From contig JAVKIP010000001.1 of NCBI GenBank assembly GCA_031459385.1, positions 96,001 through 160,000 of the forward strand: a stretch of DNA of 64,000 nt. The letters are read 5' to 3'. The stretch comes from Candidatus Fervidifonticultor secundus (lineage in GTDB: Bacteria > Sysuimicrobiota > Sysuimicrobiia > Sysuimicrobiales > Humicultoraceae). The notes below the pieces were generated by a model, which saw only the letters and a list, made by a program, of their open reading frames with translations, ran no database searches and was not told the DNA's origin. Positions 28,027 to 37,928 of this stretch are shown here, in pieces; the stretch's first letter is position 1, and each line of letters starts with the position of its first letter. A program made the translations under genes and the position numbers.

Positions 28027-30200
28027 CGCGGGTGCGACGGCAGGTCCACCCGATGGCGGCGCTGCGCGCCGTCATGCCGGCTGTCGTCGCGGCGCTGGCG
28101 GCGGGTGCGGCGTGGCCCGCTCCGGCCGTCGCCCACGCGGTGCTGGAGCGCGCGTTGCCCGCGCCCGGCTCCGCGATCGCGACGCCGCCGGATCAGGTAG
28201 TGCTGGTCTTCAGCGAGCCGATCGAGCCCCGGTTCAGCGCCGCCTCGGTGCGCGATGCCCGCGGCCAGTCGGTCTCCGGACCCGCGCAGGCCGGTGACGA
28301 CGGTCGCACGCTGCTCCTGCCCCTAAGCGAGCTCCCCACGGGCATCTTCACCGTGCGGTGGCGCGTGCTGTCGGCGGTGGACGGCCACGTCACCAGCGGC
28401 GCCCATCTCTTCGGTGTCGGCGAGAGCCCCGCGCAGGGCGGCGCGGCGGCGCAGCCCAGACCCGAACTCGACCGGGTTCTGGCGCGGTGGCTCGCGCTCG
28501 CGGCCGGCCTGGTGCTTGCGGGCGCTGTCGCCGCGCGCCTCGTCGTCTTCGAGCCCGCCGCCCGCAGGCTGGCGCCGCCCCTGGCCGATCTCCTCCGCGC
28601 GCGGCTGCGCGCGGTGACGCGCGCAGCGGGTACCGGCGTCGCAGTGGTCCTGGCCGTCGACCTGCTGCACCAGGTGCACCTGGTAGCCGCACAGGCCGCA
28701 GGTTCCGCGGCGGTGGCATACGTGTGGGCCAGCCGCGCGGGCCAGGCTGCGCTGGGCGGGATTGCCGCCGCGCTGGTGGCATCCCGCGGGGCCGGGCCGC
28801 TGGCGATCGCTGGCGCCGGCGGCGTGCTGCTGGCCTTCACGGTGACCGCTCACGCGCCCGCCGCAGGTCCCCTGGCCGTCGCGGCAGACTGGCTGCACCT
28901 TGCCGGCGTGTCGGCCTGGCTCGGCGGGCTGGCGGTCCTGGTGTTCGTCGTGCGCAGGCTCGACGACGCGGCCAGAACGGACGTCGCGCGCGCCGTCGTG
29001 CGGTCCTTCTCGCGCCTGGCGGCGGCTGGCCTGCTGGTCACGGCGGGTACGGGGCTGTACGCAGCCTGGCTCCAGGTGCCGGCGCTGCGGGCCCTGGTGA
29101 CCACGACCTACGGCGTGGCTCTGCACGTCAAGGTGCTGCTGCTGATCCCGCTGCTGGCTTTTGCCGCCGTCAACCGCTTCCTGCTGCGGCCGCAGCTCGA
29201 GCGCCACGCGCACGCGGAGCTGGCACGGCGCTTCGTGCGTTCGGCCTCCGGCGAAGTGAGCGTGGCCGCGATCATCGTGCTGGCGGCCGGGGTGCTCACG
29301 ACGACGCCTCCGGCCAAGAACACGTACGACGCCGGCGTACCCACCGCAGCGCTGCTCGTCGGGCTCGCGGGCGAGACCAGGGTGCGCCTGATCGTGGCCC
29401 CCGCGCGGCCTGGCCGGAACCGGTACGAGGTCGTCCTGGACGGAGCCCGGCCCGAGGCCGCAGGGGACCTACGTGTGCTGCTGCGCCTGGTGAAGCTGGA
29501 CGAGGACCTGACGCCCACGTCTGTCGTGCTGACCCCTGCGGCCGGCGGGCAGTTCGAGGGCCAGGGCGACCACCTGGCGGCGGCGGGCTGGTGGGAGGTC
29601 GAGGTCGTGGTGCGCCGGCGAGGGCTGCCCGACGTGTCGACGTTCTTCCCCCTCGTCCTGGGCGACGGGCTGGTGGCGCAGCGCGATCCCGAGGCGATGC
29701 GGCTCCTGCAGGAAGCGCGGGAGGCACCGCTGGGCGCGTGGCGCGAGTGGGAGCAGGTTACCGACGGCGCCGGCAGCCTGGTGGTCACCCAGTACCGGCT
29801 CGCGCCGCCCGACCGGCTGCACCTGCGGTCGCGCTACGAGCTGGCGCCCACCGGCGCTACGGGCCAGACCGAGATCGTCGTGATCGGCGACCAGCGGTAC
29901 GAGCGCAGAGACAGCGGGCCGTGGACGCGCGCGACGCTGCGCCAGCCGGTGATCGCCGAGGGCCACCGCGTCTACCTGAAGATCGCCGAGCACGTCGCGC
30001 CGGGGCGCGAGGGGCGCTGCGACGACGAGCCCTGCCGCGTGGTGCTGTGGACCAACCCCGGCGGCAGCCCGGCCTTCGCGGCCTGGATCGGCCAGCGGAC
30101 CCTGCGCGTCCACCGCCTCTACATGCGCGCGCCAGCGCACTACATGACGGTGCGGCCGTCGCCGCCAGGCGAGATGCCGGCCATCACGGCGCCCAGGTGA
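28023..30200 (+). CDS. Copper resistance CopC-CopD fusion with YtkA-like and extra C-terminal domain
   Basis: A-HAVL after signal peptide, SAVDGH (CopC); WLHL...WLGGL, FSRLA, YG..L.VK (CopD); GTGA-coupled to the upstream gene (alternative start 28053). Confidence 0.82.
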   Translation: MTRVRRQVHPMAALRAVMPAVVAALAAGAAWPAPAVAHAVLERALPAPGSAIATPPDQVVLVFSEPIEPRFSAASVRDARGQSVSGPAQAGDDGRTLLLPLSELPTGIFTVRWRVLSAVDGHVTSGAHLFGVGESPAQGGAAAQPRPELDRVLARWLALAAGLVLAGAVAARLVVFEPAARRLAPPLADLLRARLRAVTRAAGTGVAVVLAVDLLHQVHLVAAQAAGSAAVAYVWASRAGQAALGGIAAALVASRGAGPLAIAGAGGVLLAFTVTAHAPAAGPLAVAADWLHLAGVSAWLGGLAVLVFVVRRLDDAARTDVARAVVRSFSRLAAAGLLVTAGTGLYAAWLQVPALRALVTTTYGVALHVKVLLLIPLLAFAAVNRFLLRPQLERHAHAELARRFVRSASGEVSVAAIIVLAAGVLTTTPPAKNTYDAGVPTAALLVGLAGETRVRLIVAPARPGRNRYEVVLDGARPEAAGDLRVLLRLVKLDEDLTPTSVVLTPAAGGQFEGQGDHLAAAGWWEVEVVVRRRGLPDVSTFFPLVLGDGLVAQRDPEAMRLLQEAREAPLGAWREWEQVTDGAGSLVVTQYRLAPPDRLHLRSRYELAPTGATGQTEIVVIGDQRYERRDSGPWTRATLRQPVIAEGHRVYLKIAEHVAPGREGRCDDEPCRVVLWTNPGGSPAFAAWIGQRTLRVHRLYMRAPAHYMTVRPSPPGEMPAITAPR

Positions 30201-30260
30201 CGGGCGCAATCCCCCACGCCCCGCCGCCCGCGTGCACCGGCCGTCGTCACTGCCCGGGCC

Positions 30261-31955
30261 TCACCCCGCGCCGGGCAGCCCTCGCCGCGCCATCTCCCGT
30301 GCCCGCAGCTCCGCGCGGCGGATCTTCCCGGTGGTCGTCATGGGCAGGGCGTCGAGGAACTCGACCTCCCGCGGGTACGCGTAGGCCGCCAGCCGCGTCT
30401 TCACGTGCTGCTGGATGGCGCCGGCCTGGTCGGGCGACGGCGCGTAGCCCGGGCGCAACTTCACGAACGCCTTCACGATCTGCCCGCGCACCGGGTCGGG
30501 TACGCCGATGACCGCGCACTCGGCCACGGCGGGATGGGTGAGCAGGCTGCTCTCCACCTCGGCGGGCCCGATGCGGTACGCGCCGCTCTTGATCACGTCG
30601 TCGGTGCGGCCCTCGAAGTAGAAGTAGCCGTCGTCGTCGCACCGGGCCACATCGCCGGTGCGCAGCCACTCCCCGTGGTACTTCTCGGCCGTCGCCTGGG
30701 GATGCTGCCAGTAGCCGAGGAAGACCACGGGGTCTCCCGGGCCGCGCACCGCGATCTCCCCGGGTTCCCCGGGGGCGGCGGGGGTGCCGTCGTCGCGCAG
30801 GACGATGACCTCGTGCCCCGGGAACGCCTTGCCCAGCGAGCCGGGACGCACAGGATACAGCCGCGAGCAGTTGCCGCAGACCAGGTTCGCCTCGGTCTGG
30901 CCGTAGATCTCGTGGAGCACGACGCCGGGCAGGTGCCGGTCGCGCCACTCGAGGATGACGGGGTTGACCGGCTCGCCCCCGCTCATGACGGCGCGCAGCC
31001 GCAGCGCGCCCGCCGGCGGGGCGACCTGCATGCACATCTTCAGGGCGGTGGGCGGCAGGAACGCGTGCGTCACACCGTAGGCGGCCATCAGCCGGAACGC
31101 GCGCTCGGGGTCGAACTTCGTGGTCTCGAACGCTACCACCGGACCGCCGAACCACAGCGCCGGGAACAGCAGATCGTAGGCCCCGCCGATCCAGGCCCAG
31201 TCGGCGGGCGTCCAGTACACCTCGCCGCCCTGCGGGACGAAGTCGAAGTACAGTTGCACGGACGGGAGGTGCCCCAGCAGCACCCGGTGGCCATGGATGG
31301 CGCCCTTGGGCGGGCCGGTGGTCCCCGACGTGTAGATGATGAGCGCGGGATCGTCCGGGCCTGTGGGCTCGGCCGCAAACGTGCTGGCCGCAGGCTCCAG
31401 CAGCCGGCTCCAGGGTACGTAGCGACAGGCGCCGACGCGGCCGCCCTCGGGCAGCTCGGGGAGCCGCGCGTCGTGGACCACGACGACCAGCCGCAGGTCG
31501 GGCGTCTGGTCGTGGAGCGCTGCCAGCACGGGCACGACGGTCGGGTCGGCGATGGCCGCGCGGCACCCGCTGTGCGCCAGCCGGTAGGCGAGCGCGTCGG
31601 GCCCGAACTGACGTGTCAGCGGCACGGCCACCGCCCCCAGCGTGTAGATCGCGATGTGCGCCGAGGCGGTCTCCGGGCGCTGGTGCAGGATGACCGCCAC
31701 GCGGTCGCCGCGGTCCACGCCGTGCGCCCGCAGGGCATTGGCCAGCCGGGCGGCCTCTGCGCGCAACGCGCCGTAGGTCACGGTGGCCCGCGCGCCGGCG
31801 TCCGACTCGTAGACGATGGCGACCCGGTCCGGCGCGTCCTGCGCCCACCGGGCGCAGGCGTCCAGGCCGATGTTGTAGGCGGCGGGGATCTGCCAGCGGA
31901 AGGCCCGGCGGGCCTCCTCGTAGGACCGCCCGGCGAACCACTCGTACCGGAGCAT
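30261..31955 (-). CDS. Acyl-CoA synthetase (AMP-binding, medium-chain type)
   Basis: YTSGTTGPPKG, YGQTE, TGD, GRTDDVIKS, TTTGKIRR. Confidence 0.93.
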   Translation of the reverse strand: MLRYEWFAGRSYEEARRAFRWQIPAAYNIGLDACARWAQDAPDRVAIVYESDAGARATVTYGALRAEAARLANALRAHGVDRGDRVAVILHQRPETASAHIAIYTLGAVAVPLTRQFGPDALAYRLAHSGCRAAIADPTVVPVLAALHDQTPDLRLVVVVHDARLPELPEGGRVGACRYVPWSRLLEPAASTFAAEPTGPDDPALIIYTSGTTGPPKGAIHGHRVLLGHLPSVQLYFDFVPQGGEVYWTPADWAWIGGAYDLLFPALWFGGPVVAFETTKFDPERAFRLMAAYGVTHAFLPPTALKMCMQVAPPAGALRLRAVMSGGEPVNPVILEWRDRHLPGVVLHEIYGQTEANLVCGNCSRLYPVRPGSLGKAFPGHEVIVLRDDGTPAAPGEPGEIAVRGPGDPVVFLGYWQHPQATAEKYHGEWLRTGDVARCDDDGYFYFEGRTDDVIKSGAYRIGPAEVESSLLTHPAVAECAVIGVPDPVRGQIVKAFVKLRPGYAPSPDQAGAIQQHVKTRLAAYAYPREVEFLDALPMTTTGKIRRAELRAREMARRGLPGAG

Positions 31956-31968
31956 GCGGCGGTCGGTC

Positions 31969-32703
31969 TCAGCCGTGCAGGGGGGTGCCTGCCGCCGTGC
32001 GCGCGTCGGCCCGGGCCGCCGGCGCGTCGGCGGCCAGCTGGCGCGCCAGGACGGCGATGCCGACCAGCACGCCCGCGTAGACGACGAGGGTGATCCCCTG
32101 GGCGGTGCGGTTGAGGGTGGCCAACGTCTGGCTCGTCAGCTCCAGCCCCGACAGCGCCAGCCCCAGCACCGGCAGTACCGGCGCGCCGCAGCCGATGACG
32201 CTGCACGGCAGCGTGGAGAACCCCACGGTGGATAGCAGCGCCCCGGCCGCGCCGGCGCGCCCGCCTCCTGCGGCGGCGGACGGCGCCGCGCACGCGCGCA
32301 GCCGGTCGCGGCGCGCGTACCAGAGGGCGAAGTAAGTACCGAACAGCAACGAGAGCATCACCCACCGCGCCACGTCGCGCACCGTGGCCGTATACCCCCA
32401 TTCGGCATCGTCGTGGGTGCCGGATGCGATCACCCAGTAGAGCGCGGCGTTCCAGACGAACTGGGCTTTGCGCTGCCAGGTCGCCTCGTCGGAGGCCAGC
32501 CACGCCGGCAGGTTCCGCAGCCAGGGGTTGATGGACACGTGATCCCACGGCTTCCGGGCCACCGCCAGCACTACCGGCGGCAGCGCGACGTTGACGAGGA
32601 ACACGGCCACCACCACGGCAGCGAACACCCGACGGCGTTCGCGCACGGCGCAGCCGATGCCGGCCAGGGCGCGGCCGCTGGCACGCACCACCTGACGTCC
32701 CAT
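31969..32703 (-). CDS. Hypothetical multi-pass membrane protein with a CxxxxC motif
   Basis: ATG 32703 with GGGGAGG RBS; about 4 hydrophobic segments; PCSVIGCGAPVLP. Confidence 0.7.
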   Translation of the reverse strand: MGRQVVRASGRALAGIGCAVRERRRVFAAVVVAVFLVNVALPPVVLAVARKPWDHVSINPWLRNLPAWLASDEATWQRKAQFVWNAALYWVIASGTHDDAEWGYTATVRDVARWVMLSLLFGTYFALWYARRDRLRACAAPSAAAGGGRAGAAGALLSTVGFSTLPCSVIGCGAPVLPVLGLALSGLELTSQTLATLNRTAQGITLVVYAGVLVGIAVLARQLAADAPAARADARTAAGTPLHG

Positions 32704-32777
32704 CGGGTTCCCCTCCCCATCCGGACGAGGCTGTGGTCCCCTGGCTACGTTTGATTCTAGCGCGCGCCGGGGGCCCC

Positions 32778-33485
32778 TCACCCCCGGATCGTCCGCATGA
32801 CCTCGTCGTCGGCCAGGGCCTGGCGCGGCGTGCCGCTGAAGATGATCTCGCCGCGGTCGATGACGTAGAGACGATCGGCGACCCGCGCGGCAGTCATGAC
32901 GTTCGACTCGGCCACGAGCAGCGAGGTCCCCGCCGCCTTGATCTGCTTCACGGCGTCGGCGAACCGGTTGACGACCACGGGGGCGAGCCCTTCGAACGCC
33001 TCGTCCAGCAGCAGGAGCGTCGGCCCCGTGGCCATCGCGCGGCTGATGGCGACCATCTTCTTCTCGCCGCCGCTCAGCAGCAGGCCGCGGCGGTGCATCA
33101 GCCGGTCGAGTTCCGGGAACAGCGTGCGGATCAGCGCCACGCGGTCGCCGCCGCCGTCGCCGCGGGTACTGCCGGCCATCCAGTGCCCGATGGCCAGGTG
33201 CTCGGCCACCGTCAGGTCGGGGAAGAGCCCGCAGTCCTCCGGCGCGTAGCCCAGGCCCAGCCGCGCCCGGGCATGGGGGGGCAGCCCCGTGATCGCCCGG
33301 TCCCGAAACGAGATCTCTCCGGCGCGCACGGGCAGCAGGCCCATGATGGCGTCCAGGGTGGTCGTCTTGCCGGCCCCGTTGCGGCCCACCAGGCACACGA
33401 TCTCGCCCTCCCCGACGGTGAGCGAGACGCCCCGCAGCACGTGGGCCGGGCCCCGGTAAGCGTGCAGCTGGCGGACGTCGAGCAT
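32778..33485 (-). CDS. livF: LivF-like ABC ATPase
   Basis: GRNGAGKTT, LSGGE, LLLDE. Confidence 0.88.
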   Translation of the reverse strand: MLDVRQLHAYRGPAHVLRGVSLTVGEGEIVCLVGRNGAGKTTTLDAIMGLLPVRAGEISFRDRAITGLPPHARARLGLGYAPEDCGLFPDLTVAEHLAIGHWMAGSTRGDGGGDRVALIRTLFPELDRLMHRRGLLLSGGEKKMVAISRAMATGPTLLLLDEAFEGLAPVVVNRFADAVKQIKAAGTSLLVAESNVMTAARVADRLYVIDRGEIIFSGTPRQALADDEVMRTIRG

Positions 33486-33487
33486 GG

Positions 33488-34234
33488 CTAGTACCGCCCC
33501 AGCAGCGTGGTGGCCACCCGCTCGTCCTCGCGGATCTGCTGCGGGGGGCCGTCGGCCAGGATCTGGCCCTGGTGCATCACCACGATGCGGTCCGAGTAGG
33601 TGAAGACGATGTCCATGTCGTGCTCGACGATGACGGCGGTGAGCCCGCCTTCGCGGCAGACGCCGGACACCGTATCCATGATCCGGCCCTTCTCGCGGGT
33701 GCCCACGCCGCTAGTCGGCTCGTCGAGCAGGATCAGCTGCGGCCGCAGCGCGTAGGCCACGGCGACGTCCAGCAGCTTGCGCTCGCCCTGCGCCAGGCTC
33801 GCCGCCGGCAGATGCCACTTGGGGAGCAGCCCGAACTGCTCCAGGATCGCCATGGCCTCATCGCGGGCGGCCGCGTCGCGCTCGGCCAGCGCGGTGGCCG
33901 TGCGGATCTTGCCGTCGCGGGCGAAGACGGCCAGGCGCACGTTGTCCAGGGCTGTCAGCTGGTCGAACAGGTTGACGAGCTGGAAACTGCGGGCGATGCC
34001 GGCGCGGATGCGCTGCGGGACCGGCTGGTACGTGACGTCGGCGCCCTGGAAGACGATACGGCCGCTGTCGGGCGCCAGCAGGCCGCTGACCAGGTTGACC
34101 AGAGTCGTCTTTCCCGCGCCGTTGGCGCCGACGAGCGAGACGAGTTCGCGCGGGTGGATCGTCAGGCTGACGTCGTCCACAGCGCGCGTCTCGCCAAAGC
34201 GCTTGTGCAGGTGCTCGGTGACCAGCAGCGCCAC
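33488..34234 (-). CDS. livG: LivG-like ABC ATPase
   Basis: GANGAGKTT, GIARSFQ, LDEPTSG, VEHDM. Confidence 0.88.
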   Translation of the reverse strand: MALLVTEHLHKRFGETRAVDDVSLTIHPRELVSLVGANGAGKTTLVNLVSGLLAPDSGRIVFQGADVTYQPVPQRIRAGIARSFQLVNLFDQLTALDNVRLAVFARDGKIRTATALAERDAAARDEAMAILEQFGLLPKWHLPAASLAQGERKLLDVAVAYALRPQLILLDEPTSGVGTREKGRIMDTVSGVCREGGLTAVIVEHDMDIVFTYSDRIVVMHQGQILADGPPQQIREDERVATTLLGRY

Positions 34235-34235
34235 G

Positions 34236-35258
34236 TCAGGTCCTCCGCAGTCGCGCCGCCAGGCGGGCGCCGGCGCCGATCAGGCCGGTCGGCATCGTCA
34301 GGACCAGGAGGACCAGCACCATCCCCAGCACGGCCTGCCAGTAGGTGGCGTAGCCGACCGCGTACGCCTCCAGGTGGTTGAACACGGCCGCGCCCACCAG
34401 CGGCCCCACGAAGCTCTGGAAACCTCCCAGCACGGTCATGAAGACGATGCGGCCCGAGAACGGCCAGTAGAGCACGTCGGGCGTGACGTGGCCGTTGAGC
34501 GGTGCCCACAAGGCGCCCGCCACACCGGTGAACGCTCCCGACAGCACGAACGCCACCAGCCGGTAGGCGCGCACCGGGACGCCCACGAACTCGGCGCGCA
34601 CCTCGTTGTCGCGGACCGCCTGCAGGGCTTTCCCGAAGGGCGAGTGGACGATGAGCCACATGGCGCCCACGCAAAGCGCGAAGACCGCCAGCACGTAGTA
34701 GTAGTAGGTCGTGGCCAGAAAGGTGAGCTTGTCCTGCGGCGCGCCTAGCAGCCCTCCCAGCAGCATCGGCGTCGGCACGCGGATGCCGTCGGTGCCGCCG
34801 GTGATCCAGAACAGCTTGATCGCCAGGCCCCACAGCACCTGCGAGAGCGCCAGGGCCAGGATCGAGAAGAAGATACGCGTGTAGCGCACGCACACCACGC
34901 CGAACACCACCGCCACCAGCAGGCTCGAGAGGAAGCCGGCAGCCAGGAACGCCTCCATGGAGGTCAGGCCCAGGTACCGCATCGAGAAGGCGGTCGTGTA
35001 GGCGGCGGTGCCGAAGAACGCCGAGTGGCCGAACGAGAGGAGGCCGGTGTAGCCCAGGAGCAGGTTGAAGGCCAGGGCGGTGATGCCGGCGATCAGGCCG
35101 TACGACAGCAGGATGCGCTGGAACGGGGGCACCTGGGGAATGAAGGGGAGCGCGACGAGGAGGACGGCCAGGGCTGCCACGTAGCCGCCGGTCCGGCCCA
35201 GCGCGCGCGGGCGGGCGGGCCGGGGGATTGCCTCGGTGGACGCCGCGCCGCGGTTCAT
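34236..35258 (-). CDS. livM: LivM-like permease
   Basis: GYTGLLSFGH, ITGGTDG, SPFGKALQAVRDNE. Confidence 0.88.
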   Translation of the reverse strand: MNRGAASTEAIPRPARPRALGRTGGYVAALAVLLVALPFIPQVPPFQRILLSYGLIAGITALAFNLLLGYTGLLSFGHSAFFGTAAYTTAFSMRYLGLTSMEAFLAAGFLSSLLVAVVFGVVCVRYTRIFFSILALALSQVLWGLAIKLFWITGGTDGIRVPTPMLLGGLLGAPQDKLTFLATTYYYYVLAVFALCVGAMWLIVHSPFGKALQAVRDNEVRAEFVGVPVRAYRLVAFVLSGAFTGVAGALWAPLNGHVTPDVLYWPFSGRIVFMTVLGGFQSFVGPLVGAAVFNHLEAYAVGYATYWQAVLGMVLVLLVLTMPTGLIGAGARLAARLRRT

Positions 35259-36145
35259 GCGCGCCGCGCCTCGCGCCCGCCGAAGAGCCCGCTCGGACGC
35301 GTGATCAGCACCACGGCCGCGATGAGGTAGAGGACGGCCAGCTCTAGCTCCGGGAAGTACTGGATCGCCGCGGTGCGGACCAACCCGACGATCGCAGCGC
35401 CGACCAGGGCGCCCTCCAGGCTCCCCAGGCCACCGATCGTCACCGCCACGAAGGCCAGGATCAGGGCCTCCACGCCCATGCCCAGCACCGCGCCCTGGAT
35501 CGGCACGATGACCGCGCCGGCCAGCCCGGCCATGAAGCAGCCCAGGATGAACGCCTGCAGGTAGACCCGCCGCACGTCGATCCCCAACGCGGCCGCCATG
35601 CGCATATCCTGCGAGGTGGCCCGCAGGAGCACACCGAAGCGCGTACGGTAGACGAACGCCCACAGCAGCACCGCCGCCACCAGGCCGATGAGGATGACCA
35701 GCAGGTTGTAGGTCGGGTAGGGCGAGCCGAAGACCACGACCGGGTGGAACGAGGACCACAGCGCCGTGGCCGACAGCGGCGTCGGGCCCCAGATGAAGCG
35801 CATGAGGTCTTCGAGCAGCAGGAGCAGACCGAAGGTCATCAGCAGCTGGTACTCCTCCGCGCGCCGGTACAACGGGCGCAGGAACACGGGCTCGATGAGC
35901 GCGCCCGCTGCCGCCACCGCGGCCGCGGCCAGCGGCAGCACCGCCAGCAGCGCGGGTGCCGGCAGGCGCGCCGCCAGACCGCCTACCGTCCACGCCATGA
36001 CGTACGCGCCCACGGCGTAGAGGCTGCCGTGGGCGAGGTTCACGATGCGCATGACGCCGTAGATCAGGCTGAGCCCGCCGGCGATGAGGAAGAGGATCGC
36101 CGCGTACAGGAGGGCGTTGAGCAGCTGGACCGACAGAATGCCCAT
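35255..36145 (-). CDS. livH: LivH-like permease
   Basis: GLSLIYGVM..VNLAHG, TRFG..LRA, IGGLGS. Confidence 0.88.
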   Translation of the reverse strand: MGILSVQLLNALLYAAILFLIAGGLSLIYGVMRIVNLAHGSLYAVGAYVMAWTVGGLAARLPAPALLAVLPLAAAAVAAAGALIEPVFLRPLYRRAEEYQLLMTFGLLLLLEDLMRFIWGPTPLSATALWSSFHPVVVFGSPYPTYNLLVILIGLVAAVLLWAFVYRTRFGVLLRATSQDMRMAAALGIDVRRVYLQAFILGCFMAGLAGAVIVPIQGAVLGMGVEALILAFVAVTIGGLGSLEGALVGAAIVGLVRTAAIQYFPELELAVLYLIAAVVLITRPSGLFGGREARRA

Positions 36146-36223
36146 GCGGTCTCCCGGCGCCGGGCCGAGCCCGGAGGGTGCTACTGCTGATTCCGCGCGC
36201 GTCCGAGGGGTCCTGCGCGGCGC

Positions 36224-37324
36224 CTAGTCCATGACGACGATGGCGCGGCCGACGATCTCGCCCCGGTCGAGCGCCGCGTAGGCGGCCGGCGCCGCGTACA
36301 GCGGCACGCGCCGGGTGATGGTGCGCTGCGGCGCCACCGCCCCTGCCCGCGCCAGGCCCAGCAGTGCCGGCATGTCTCCCCGCACGCGGGCGCCGTACGA
36401 CCCGATCAGGCGCACGCTGCGCCGCACGAGCCGCGTGATCTCCACGGGCACCGTCGCGTCGTGGGGCGCGATGCCGACGACGACCACGCGGCCGCCGTCC
36501 CGGACCGCCGCCAGGGCCTGGCGCACGGTCTCGGGGCGGCCCAGGGCTTCGAACGCCACGTCCACGCCGCGGCCCCCGGTGCCGTCGCGGATGGCGGCGG
36601 CCACGTCGGTGCGGGCCGCGTGCACCGTGTGCGTGGCGCCCAGCGCGCGCGCAGCCTCGAGCTTGTCGTCGCGGACGTCCACGGCGATGATGGGCGTGGC
36701 ACCGAAGGCCCGGGCCACCTGCACGAGGTTGGTCCCCACCCCACCCGTGGCGACGACCGCAACCGCCTCGCCCGGGCGCAGGTCGGCCTGGTGGCGCACC
36801 GCGCCGTAGGCCGTCAGCAGCGCGCAGCCCAGCAGGCAGGCGTCGGGTACCGGCACCTCCGGCGGCAGCGGGAAGACGTCGGTGGCCGGCACGACGGCGT
36901 ACTCGGCCAGCCCGCCCATGCTGTACATGGCCAGCGGGGTGCCGTCATGGCGGTACAGGCGCGTCGTGCCGTCGTAGAGCACCCCGCGCACGCGGTTCAT
37001 CTCGAAGAACGTCTCGCAGAGGTCGTCGCGCCCCTGGGCGCAGAACGTGCACATCCCGCACGGCATGATGAAGGCGCTGACCACAGGGGTGCCCACCGGC
37101 GGGCCGACGACGCCCGGCCCCAGGGCGGCCACCGTGCCTGAGATCTCGTGCCCCAGCACCGCGGGCGCGGGAAACCTGACCTCACCCTTGATGACGTGGA
37201 GGTCGGTATGGCAGACGCCGCACGCCGCCACTTTGACCAGGACCTCGCCCGCCTGGGGACGCGGGACGGGGATCTCTTCCACCCGCAGCGGTGCCCCGAC
37301 CTCGGCGAGGACCACGGCCCGCAT
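36224..37324 (-). CDS. Zinc-binding alcohol dehydrogenase
   Basis: GVCHTD, GHE, CxxCxxC..C structural Zn, CLLGCA. Confidence 0.93.
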   Translation of the reverse strand: MRAVVLAEVGAPLRVEEIPVPRPQAGEVLVKVAACGVCHTDLHVIKGEVRFPAPAVLGHEISGTVAALGPGVVGPPVGTPVVSAFIMPCGMCTFCAQGRDDLCETFFEMNRVRGVLYDGTTRLYRHDGTPLAMYSMGGLAEYAVVPATDVFPLPPEVPVPDACLLGCALLTAYGAVRHQADLRPGEAVAVVATGGVGTNLVQVARAFGATPIIAVDVRDDKLEAARALGATHTVHAARTDVAAAIRDGTGGRGVDVAFEALGRPETVRQALAAVRDGGRVVVVGIAPHDATVPVEITRLVRRSVRLIGSYGARVRGDMPALLGLARAGAVAPQRTITRRVPLYAAPAAYAALDRGEIVGRAIVVMD

Positions 37325-37394
37325 AGACGTGGGGAGAATACGGCCGGCCAGCCGGGATCTCCTACCGGCGAGAGGTGACGCGGTGCGGTGGGGG

Positions 37395-37865
37395 TTACTT
37401 GGAGTGCTTATCGGCCACCTTGGTGGCGCCGTAGGCGTCGGGCTTGATCACGGCGGCGTACCCCGAGCCCGACACCATGCCGACGACCTCGCGGATGATC
37501 TGCCGGGTCTCGCCCTGCTGCCCGACGTCCAGGTGGATCTCGACCGGCAGCCTGGAGAGGCCGTTGCGGGCCAGCGCCGTGGTGATCAGGTGGGCGGCTT
37601 CCAGCGACAGCGACGTCTCGAAGAGGATCCGCTGCCGCAGGCTCTCGATCTTCCGGTTCCGGAACTTGCGGTAGAAGTACCGTCCGCCGTGCCCGACGCG
37701 GTGGATGATCACCGCCGTGACGAACGTGGTGTCGTCGGACAGCAGGGAGTCGGTGCCGATGATGAGGTGGTAGTGCTGGTCGGGTTCGCTCTTCATGTAG
37801 CCGACCAGCTGCCGGAACATCTCCTCGAACGACATTCGCCCCTGTGAGGGGCTGACGAACTCCAT
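37395..37865 (-). CDS. RNase H-like YkuK family protein
   Basis: IIGTDS, IHRVGHGG, ETSLS, EIHLDVG, IKPDAYGA..VAD. Confidence 0.88.
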   Translation of the reverse strand: MEFVSPSQGRMSFEEMFRQLVGYMKSEPDQHYHLIIGTDSLLSDDTTFVTAVIIHRVGHGGRYFYRKFRNRKIESLRQRILFETSLSLEAAHLITTALARNGLSRLPVEIHLDVGQQGETRQIIREVVGMVSGSGYAAVIKPDAYGATKVADKHSK

Positions 37866-37928
37866 CGCGATCGCCTCAGCGCCAGTATAGCGCGCCCTGG
37901 CCCCCGCACGAAAGGCCGCCCGGCGCGC

